64,000 nt of DNA from Verrucomicrobiota bacterium (lineage in GTDB: Bacteria > Verrucomicrobiota > Kiritimatiellia > CAIKKV01 > CAITUY01), in assembly GCA_011391785.1 (NCBI GenBank), contig JAABPW010000228.1:9946-73945 (forward strand), read 5' to 3'. A program made the translations under genes and the position numbers. A model generated the notes under the pieces. It worked only from the letters and a program-made list of their open reading frames with translations. It did not search any database and was not told the origin of the DNA. Of the stretch, positions 42,354-49,485 are shown in pieces; position 1 is the first letter of the stretch; the number at the start of each line of letters is the position of its first letter.

Positions 42354-43997
42354 TTGTATCCTGACGGCGGGGATGCGGGTATTTTGGGAGCAAGAGCACG
42401 AAAACCGCAGAGGGGCATTGTCTTGGATATAGTCATCAGTAATTTGCGAATCGCCGTTGAACGGGACGGGCTGGAGGAATATGGCCAGGTCGCATCAGCC
42501 AGGCTGAATCTCGGTGTGTCCGATCTCAACGTTGTCAAAATTCTCGGCAAATCACTGGATGCCAAGGATGAGGAGCAGTTTTTCTTCCTCGTATCCATTG
42601 TCGCAAGGGTGCCGGATTCTTTCGCCAACGAGGAGGGGTTTCCCCTTCATGCGGAGGAGGCCAAGCCGGGAAGGACCGCCATCGTTTCCGCGGAGCGGCC
42701 TGTGATCATCGGCTTCGGTCCTGCTGGGATGTTTGCCGCGCTTGAACTTCTCGACTATGGAGTTAAACCCCTGATCTTTGAGCGGGGCAAAAGAATCGAA
42801 GAGCGTGATCTCGATATCCGGGGATTTATCCGCGACAGGACGCTCGATCCCGAGTCCAATATCCAGTTTGGTGAAGGCGGGGCCGGTTCCTATTCGGATG
42901 GAAAACTGTTCTCGCGAATCAATAATTCGCCTCATGCCAACAAGGTGCTGGATACCCTCATCCGGTTTGGCGCGCCCGGGGAAATCGGTTACCTCCGCAA
43001 GCCCCATCTGGGGACCGACGTTCTGCGCGGGATTGTCCGCAATATCAGGAATCATATCCTCTCCCGTGGCGGCGAGATCCATTATTCCTCGCGGTTGACG
43101 GATGTGCTTGTGTCCGGCGGCCTGGTGACTGGGGTCGTGATCAACGGCGCGGCCGAGTATCCTGCGCCAACCCTTTTTCTCGCCGTGGGGCATTCGGCCC
43201 GCGATACCTTCCGGATGCTCCATGATAAGGGCGTGGCGCTCGAGCAAAAGCCTATTTCCGTCGGCGTGCGGATCGAGCATCCGGCGGAGGTCATCAACCT
43301 GGTGAGATATGGCAGGAAATATCAGGCTTTTCCCGGGCTTGGGGCCGCCACCTATTCCTTCAACCATACCAATCGAAAGACGGGAAGGGGGGTCGCCACC
43401 TTCTGCATGTGCCCCGGCGGCGAGATTGTGAATGCCTCGTCTGAAAACGGCTTGTTGGTCCTGAATGGCATGAGTTACGCCGCCAGGTCCTCGGCTTTCT
43501 CGAATTCAGCGCTGGTGGTGAGCTGCCGCACGGCGGATTATCCCTCGGCGCATCCACTGGCCGGACTCGATTTCCAGGCGGAAATTGAGCGGAAAGCGTT
43601 TGAGACGGCCGGGGAGGGATGGACCGTTCCCGCGCAGAATCTGATGGATTTTATCGGCGGGCGGGTCTCTGCCGGAATCAAGGTCAACTCGTACAAGATG
43701 GGCTCCACCGCCGTTGACCTCAACGTGGTTTTGCCGGGATTTGTTTGCGAGGAACTCTCGACCGCCTTTGCCCGATGGAAGGAGGAGGCGCCCTTGTTCG
43801 TTTCGGAGCAGGCCGTCCTGTTGTCGCCGGAAACACGGACTTCTTCGCCCGTGCGAATTCGGCGCAACGAAAATTACGGGTCCGTCTCGCTGGAAAATCT
43901 GGTCCCGATCGGCGAAGGGGCGGGCTATGCCGGCGGAATCACCAGTTCGGCGATTGATGCCATCAAGGCGGTGGAGCGCCGCATGGCCGGGTCATAG
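42354..43997 (+). CDS. FAD-dependent oxidoreductase (COG2509-like uncharacterised FAD-dependent dehydrogenase)
   Basis: 547-aa ORF; dinucleotide-binding VIIGFGPAGMFAALEL; start uncertain (ATG 42354 or in-frame TTG 42423 preceded by AGAGGGG). Confidence 0.75.
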   Translation: MYPDGGDAGILGARARKPQRGIVLDIVISNLRIAVERDGLEEYGQVASARLNLGVSDLNVVKILGKSLDAKDEEQFFFLVSIVARVPDSFANEEGFPLHAEEAKPGRTAIVSAERPVIIGFGPAGMFAALELLDYGVKPLIFERGKRIEERDLDIRGFIRDRTLDPESNIQFGEGGAGSYSDGKLFSRINNSPHANKVLDTLIRFGAPGEIGYLRKPHLGTDVLRGIVRNIRNHILSRGGEIHYSSRLTDVLVSGGLVTGVVINGAAEYPAPTLFLAVGHSARDTFRMLHDKGVALEQKPISVGVRIEHPAEVINLVRYGRKYQAFPGLGAATYSFNHTNRKTGRGVATFCMCPGGEIVNASSENGLLVLNGMSYAARSSAFSNSALVVSCRTADYPSAHPLAGLDFQAEIERKAFETAGEGWTVPAQNLMDFIGGRVSAGIKVNSYKMGSTAVDLNVVLPGFVCEELSTAFARWKEEAPLFVSEQAVLLSPETRTSSPVRIRRNENYGSVSLENLVPIGEGAGYAGGITSSAIDAIKAVERRMAGS

Positions 43998-44030
43998 GCT
44001 CAAGGTGGACGCCGACCGCCTCTTCCCGAT

Positions 44031-44303
44031 TTATCCGCGGTTGACTGGATTTACCGGATGATGCCGGACCCCGTCGGGTGATGAATACGGACTTTCCACC
44101 GGCAGGAACTCTGTTCCCGAGGGCTTGATGCTTGCAAGCTTCGCGGCAAGCTTTTCAAGTAGTTGAATGCGTTCCTTAAGCGCGTCCTTGTATGCGAAGG
44201 CCCGTGTGTGGTGCAATTCGACTTCGCTGCCCCGACATTCCTTCTTGACCAGGAAATCCAATTCCTGCAGTTCCGCATCCGTCAATTCAAGTGTCCGGTT
44301 CAT
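44031..44303 (-). CDS. small coiled-coil hypothetical protein
   Basis: ~90 aa from MNRTLELTDAELQELDF; RBS AAAGGAG 7 nt upstream; in the lower-GC island. Confidence 0.55.
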   Translation of the reverse strand: MNRTLELTDAELQELDFLVKKECRGSEVELHHTRAFAYKDALKERIQLLEKLAAKLASIKPSGTEFLPVESPYSSPDGVRHHPVNPVNRG

Positions 44304-44335
44304 ACTCGCTCCTTTCGTTTTATCCACCGCCACCA

Positions 44336-47300
44336 CTATGGCATAATCCCTACATTGATTTTGTAGTAGCCGCAGGGGGAGAGAGTGGCATTGGTGAAAC
44401 CACTTTTTGTCCAGGGAATATTGCTTTCTAGGCATTGAAACCCGCTTAGCAGATTGGTCGTCCAGTAAACCGAATAGACCCGTCCGGAAACGGCATTCCA
44501 GTCGAGTATATTGTTCGTGCCAGGCCGGTATCCTGTAATGCCAAACCCGGCCTCTTCGTCGTTTGGATCGAATCCGGCTAGATAGGCTTCGAGCACGGTG
44601 TTAATGCCGTTGGAGCAAACAGCATGCGGATTTCCATTTGTAATATTGCCGCAATGCTCCTGTTCCCAGGTATCAGGAATTCCATCACCATCGGCATCCC
44701 ACGGAATGATGGTGAGATGAAAGGTTTGCTGGATAGGCTGGTTCTCGGGTCCTGGCGGGCCCGGTAGACTGGCCATGACCAAAATATCCCATGTACCGGC
44801 AGTGGTCGGGATGCCCTCCAATTTGCCGTTTAAGGCGGATACCCCGGGCGGAAGGGTTGCCATCGGGTTGATGCTGATCTGAGAGGAAAGCGACGTCGCA
44901 AACATCCAAAGGAAACTGACCCCCACACGGGCGGAGGCCGAGCTGGCAGTGGTGAAAACAAGATTCGTAGCTCCTCCCCCGGACACCTCGATACGTGCGG
45001 GATCACTGGAGACAGTGCCACCCGGATTCCTGATCACAACACGAAACCAGCAGGTCGCGGAGAGTGCTGGCGTTGTTACGGTGTTGGATGTAGCGCCCTC
45101 AATGTCCGTATAAAGGCCGCCAAAGTCCGATGCCATCGACCACTGATAGGTCAGCAAATCGCTGGTGGCGGTAACGGAAAGTTGCGCCGTAGATCCCGCC
45201 GTAATTGGAGCGATGCTGCTGGCGGGCTGAACCGTGATCGTGGGGGCAGGATGAGCCGCATAGTAGGCGCTTTGGAGGGGGGCGAGCTCGTCGTTTCTAA
45301 GCCCTGTAACGACACTGTAACTGCCATCGTCCGCCAGAAAAGCCTCATCGGACAAATCCCAGAGTTGATCCATCACCGCGTTGAAACGGGCAATGAAGTC
45401 AGCCTCCGCCATGGAAAACCAGGACGGGACCTCCTCTATGATAACGGCCTTCATGGCCGTGATGCGATGGGGAAGATAATTGGTGGGGGCGTCAAGCCCG
45501 GGATCAGGCAGGTCCCTCATATTCGGCAAGCCGTTCCAATGAAGAATTTGATCCTGAGTCTCTCCTCCCACCGTGGGTTCCCCAGTCAAGCCGGTAAGGC
45601 GCACCGCCTCGCTCGTGTTGAGGAGCGCGTGATAGCGTGCAAGCTGGTTCGACACCGCTGAGGCATCGATCGGGTGCGCCTCTGAAGAATAGGTGGCCGC
45701 ATTGGTCCAGTCATCATAAACAAGCAAACGATGGAGGGAGCCACCCCCTTCGTAGGCTTGAACACGCGCAAAGGCCGCTTGATAGCCGTGCCACGCAGAG
45801 TCGTAAGCGTCTTTGAATGCCGGATTGGCCGTGACTAGAGCCTCATATTTCGACTGCAGGGCGCGAGCCGCAGTAAGTCCTGCGCTCCCCGGCGTGGCGA
45901 GAGCGGCGAGCAGCGAGGTTTTGTAAGTCGCCATCGAAAAGGCGTGCCCAACGACCAGCGTAAAGTCCTCCGGCGTTTGGGAGAAGTAACCGAGGCGCCC
46001 GATTGGCGGGTTCTGGGGTATGTTGAGAATAGGCTCCAACGGTCCGAGTACGAGGCCTGACGATGAAGCCAATGCGTTTTCCCACGCAAGGCCCTGTGCG
46101 ATCAAAACGGCTAAGGCGCCTTCTGCGGCGGAAAGATTTCCGTCGAGGTCAGCGGAAACGGAAGCGATTCCGCCGCTCCAGGTCACCACGGCGTCGGCCA
46201 GTTTATCCGCCAGCGTTTGCGCATTAACGAGTGACACGGGAAGCTGAGTCAAATACTGACCAAGACTAACCGCCAAATCCTCTGCCGGAGCTTGCCCCAT
46301 GCCGGGAATGTTGCTCCAGCCGGAGGAATAATAATTCTCAGGTGTGTCGCTATAGCCGCTCTCCTCGAGCAACGTCTTGAGCGAACGAGTCTGGTTCTGC
46401 AGGTTGAAAAGGGTGTTGTAGAGATCCGTGAGCGCCTCAACGTGAACAATTAACCCCGGCAATGCCGGGCCGGTAGGGGTCACATCGGTGACCCATTGTT
46501 GAATGGCGGCGCATGAGCTGATCGAGTCGTTATATGAAGCCGTCGTGTTGGCATCGAGGGTGTCTCCGTAAAAGGTGGAGATAAAGCCGGCGATCCGGGG
46601 CGTGGTGAGATAGACGGATACGCCGGTATCGATGGATGTTTGCCGCGCTTCGATCTGGGCCTGGCAGTTGGTGATTGCGGTGATCGGCGCCTCGGCGTTC
46701 CAGCGCGCAATCGCGGCATTGCGCACACGGGTTTGGTAGTCCGGAATGGGCTCGTTCTCTTCCTGCGGCGGGATTGGCTGATGAACCGGTGGCGAAACGG
46801 CGGACTGATTGGCGGCGAGTCTGGCCGCACCCTCTTCAAGCAGCTGCTGGGCCTTCAAGTCATCCAGCGCCGCAATGAGCGTAGCGAGCTCCTCTTCAAG
46901 GTGGCTCACCTCAGCTTGCGCCAGGGGGAGATCGAGGTCAGCATCGGTCTTGGCGGTGGCCGCTTCCGTGCTGAGGGCGTCCAGGGTCCCCAGGGCGGTG
47001 GCGATCGCGGTACGTACCATGCCGTTCTTGTAATAAATGACGCCAGGGCCTGTGGGGAGGATCACCTTGCCCGTTTGCTTCAGACAGGCACTGGCCACCG
47101 CATAGCCGTCCAACGCCAGTGTTTCCTGAACCAGGCCAAGGTTGGGGAAAGTGGCGCGTGCCGCATCAGAGACCGCCTTGATTTTTACATTGCGCGGACT
47201 ACAGAGCGTTTCGTCGTCAAGCCCCATCGCTTTTTTACGAGCATTATCGGCTCCGCTCTGAAGCGTTTCCAGCGCTACTTTACCCACGGCATTCCGGAGC

Positions 47301-47725
47301 CCGTGGGTAATCAGCGCATTGGCGGCAGTCTTGCCGATATTGATTTTATCAGCGACCTCGTTACAGGTCACGATGCCCAGTTGAATCGTGGTTTTGATGA
47401 GATTTTTGTTGTTGATATCCGCCAGCGTAACATCCGCGCTCCTGAGTTGCTGGCGAGCAGCGGTGATATCACTGGTTTTGGTGTCGAAATTGTCCAGAAA
47501 TTCGCTTAATATCGCAAGTTGGCGCTGTGCGGCGAGCAATTCAGCTTGCTTCGAATTGATCTCGCTCATCTTGGCCGTAATGGCACCTTCGTAGTCACCA
47601 GCGTTCGCCCCTGATTGTCCCTTGATCAGCGCCGAACCCTCGACATTAACGATTGCATTCACATCCTGAGCAATGCAGGCTGCGGTCATAGCCAGAATAA
47701 CTGCAGCTATAAAACTTCTCTTCAT
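44336..47725 (-). CDS. giant secreted hypothetical protein (N-terminal coiled coil, Ig-like region, thrombospondin-type Ca-binding DADGDGIPD motif)
   Basis: ~1130 aa from MKRSFIAAVILAMTAACIAQD; lower GC (~50%) than its surroundings; no catalytic motifs recognised. Confidence 0.7.
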   Translation of the reverse strand: MKRSFIAAVILAMTAACIAQDVNAIVNVEGSALIKGQSGANAGDYEGAITAKMSEINSKQAELLAAQRQLAILSEFLDNFDTKTSDITAARQQLRSADVTLADINNKNLIKTTIQLGIVTCNEVADKINIGKTAANALITHGLRNAVGKVALETLQSGADNARKKAMGLDDETLCSPRNVKIKAVSDAARATFPNLGLVQETLALDGYAVASACLKQTGKVILPTGPGVIYYKNGMVRTAIATALGTLDALSTEAATAKTDADLDLPLAQAEVSHLEEELATLIAALDDLKAQQLLEEGAARLAANQSAVSPPVHQPIPPQEENEPIPDYQTRVRNAAIARWNAEAPITAITNCQAQIEARQTSIDTGVSVYLTTPRIAGFISTFYGDTLDANTTASYNDSISSCAAIQQWVTDVTPTGPALPGLIVHVEALTDLYNTLFNLQNQTRSLKTLLEESGYSDTPENYYSSGWSNIPGMGQAPAEDLAVSLGQYLTQLPVSLVNAQTLADKLADAVVTWSGGIASVSADLDGNLSAAEGALAVLIAQGLAWENALASSSGLVLGPLEPILNIPQNPPIGRLGYFSQTPEDFTLVVGHAFSMATYKTSLLAALATPGSAGLTAARALQSKYEALVTANPAFKDAYDSAWHGYQAAFARVQAYEGGGSLHRLLVYDDWTNAATYSSEAHPIDASAVSNQLARYHALLNTSEAVRLTGLTGEPTVGGETQDQILHWNGLPNMRDLPDPGLDAPTNYLPHRITAMKAVIIEEVPSWFSMAEADFIARFNAVMDQLWDLSDEAFLADDGSYSVVTGLRNDELAPLQSAYYAAHPAPTITVQPASSIAPITAGSTAQLSVTATSDLLTYQWSMASDFGGLYTDIEGATSNTVTTPALSATCWFRVVIRNPGGTVSSDPARIEVSGGGATNLVFTTASSASARVGVSFLWMFATSLSSQISINPMATLPPGVSALNGKLEGIPTTAGTWDILVMASLPGPPGPENQPIQQTFHLTIIPWDADGDGIPDTWEQEHCGNITNGNPHAVCSNGINTVLEAYLAGFDPNDEEAGFGITGYRPGTNNILDWNAVSGRVYSVYWTTNLLSGFQCLESNIPWTKSGFTNATLSPCGYYKINVGIMP

Positions 47726-47790
47726 TTCTGTCCTCCTGACGTCATGGCTCACTGGCGACGAGCCTGACAGTGCGGCCACTTGTTTGCAGC

Positions 47791-48033
47791 TCAGTTCTTC
47801 ATGATGTCAATGATTGAAAGTCCTCGTGATCCTGCCACAATGAGCATGACGCCAAAGACAATCGGCATAATTGTGTACGAAACAAAATGCATCGCGAATC
47901 CAGTTTTCCCGCCCCAAAACCTTTTCATCGCATCCAGCTTTCCGAACTTACTAGGGTCTTTTTTCCTCATATATCCCGTGTAGACCCCATAACCTGCGGC
48001 GACAACACCCAGTCCCATCGTCACTAGATCCAT
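47791..48033 (-). CDS. small two-TM membrane protein
   Basis: 80 aa; immediately upstream of, and co-oriented with, the giant secreted protein. Confidence 0.5.
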   Translation of the reverse strand: MDLVTMGLGVVAAGYGVYTGYMRKKDPSKFGKLDAMKRFWGGKTGFAMHFVSYTIMPIVFGVMLIVAGSRGLSIIDIMKN

Positions 48034-48076
48034 TTCATGCTCCCTTTAGGTTTTGCAAACACAACAGTCGTCTTTT

Positions 48077-48259
48077 TCAGCGGCGAACCTGTGTGCGGGA
48101 CGGAATAAGGGGTGGTTCGGCGTGTCTTTTGAATTCATAACCATGCCATGCCGGGGATGGTACATCCTCCTGTGAATGACAAAGGCTGTCCCAAACTTCC
48201 TCCAGAACGCGAAGTTTCTCGGCTACATCCATTTTGTCGAGCGGTATCGCCACATGCAT
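48077..48259 (-). CDS. putative addiction-module antitoxin-like small protein (TIGR02574-like), orphan
   Basis: ~60 aa from MHVAIPLDKMDVAEKLRVLEEVWDSL; no partner toxin ORF nearby. Confidence 0.35.
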   Translation of the reverse strand: MHVAIPLDKMDVAEKLRVLEEVWDSLCHSQEDVPSPAWHGYEFKRHAEPPLIPSRTQVRR

Positions 48260-48375
48260 GATTGTCTTCTTCAGCTGGCGAAAGAATATCCCAATCATCA
48301 TCCTTCTGCAACATTCAACCCTTCCCTCAAATTGGCAGATGATGATTACGATAAACCCAGTGTTCGACACTGGGC

Positions 48376-48399
48376 GGTCGTAATTTCCCCCCTTTCGGG
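48376..48399 (+). promoter_or_regulatory. conserved 24-nt upstream motif, copy B (TCCCCCCTTTCGGGTGGTGATAAT) with extended -10-like TGATAATAT
   Basis: 23/24 nt identical to 38062-38085; ~80 nt upstream of the AKR gene that heads the propeller/FGE/CCP gene string. Confidence 0.6.
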
Positions 48400-48480
48400 T
48401 GGTGATAATATCTGGCTGGATTCACTATAGTTCGGTTCACAAAAGGTTCCCGATATGGGGCCGTGGGGAGATACCGGACT

Positions 48481-49485
48481 ATGCGTACTAGGAAACTCGG
48501 GAATTCAGGGATTGAAGCTTCTGTTGTCGGGCTTGGCGCCTGGGTGCTGGGCGGGGGGGCGGTGTGGGGGGCTGATACGGATGACAACGAGTCCATCGCC
48601 ACGATCAAATCGGCCCTGGATGCGGGCATCACTCTCATTGACACGGCACCCGCCTACGGGTTCGGGCGCAGCGAGGAGGTTGTGGGCAAGGCGATCCGCG
48701 GCCGGCGCGGCCAGGTTGTCCTGGCCACCAAGTGCGGGCTGTGGTGGGATGACCAGCGCGGATCCTACTTCTGTGAGTTCGACGGGCGCCCGATCCAACG
48801 ATCCCTGCGTCCCGACACGATTGTCATCGAACTCGAAAACAGCCTGCGGCGACTGGGAACCGATTACATCGACCTTTACCAGAGCCACTGGCCAGCGGTG
48901 GCGCCCGACAAGACTCCGATTGCCGACACCATGGCGTGCCTGATGAAGCTGAAGGAGCAGGGGAAGATCCGCGCCATCGGGGTCTCCAATGTGTCCATCC
49001 CGGAGCTGGGTGAGAATCTCGCCAGCGGGGATGTGGCCTCGAACCAGTTCCGCTACAGCATGCTGCACCGGGCCCCGGAGCAGGATATGCTCCCGGCCTG
49101 CCGCCAGAACAATTTGGCCACGCTGACCTACATGAGCCTCGAGCAGGGACTGCTGACCGGCAAGGTAGGCATGGACCGGTCCTTCTCGTCCGGCGATTTC
49201 CGCAGTAACGAAGCCTGGAATCCCTGGTACAAGATCGAGAACCGCCAGCGCGTGCTGGATTTTCTGGCCGGGTTCAAGCCCTTGACTGAAAAGTACGCCT
49301 GCACCACCGCCCAGCTGGTTATCGCCTGGACCCTGGCTCAGCCCGGCGTGACCCACACTCTGGCCGGCGCCCGCCGCGAGGCGCAGGCCCGGGAGAATGC
49401 CCGCGGCGGCGATATCCTGATCGAAATCGATGATTTGAAGGCCATGTGCAAGGCCGTGGAGGTGCTCGGTGAACCGATACGCTAA
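48481..49485 (+). CDS. aldo/keto reductase
   Basis: ~334 aa from MRTRKLGNSGIEAS; AKR TIM-barrel motifs (GITLIDTAPAYG, IDLYQSHWP). Confidence 0.88.
   Translation: MRTRKLGNSGIEASVVGLGAWVLGGGAVWGADTDDNESIATIKSALDAGITLIDTAPAYGFGRSEEVVGKAIRGRRGQVVLATKCGLWWDDQRGSYFCEFDGRPIQRSLRPDTIVIELENSLRRLGTDYIDLYQSHWPAVAPDKTPIADTMACLMKLKEQGKIRAIGVSNVSIPELGENLASGDVASNQFRYSMLHRAPEQDMLPACRQNNLATLTYMSLEQGLLTGKVGMDRSFSSGDFRSNEAWNPWYKIENRQRVLDFLAGFKPLTEKYACTTAQLVIAWTLAQPGVTHTLAGARREAQARENARGGDILIEIDDLKAMCKAVEVLGEPIR

Noticed and set aside
48176-48430. 84-aa plus-strand ORF (MTKAVPNFLQ...)
   Set aside because: It is antisense to the better-supported TIGR02574-like antitoxin ORF and overlaps the conserved 24-nt upstream motif. 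It has no RBS or family resemblance.
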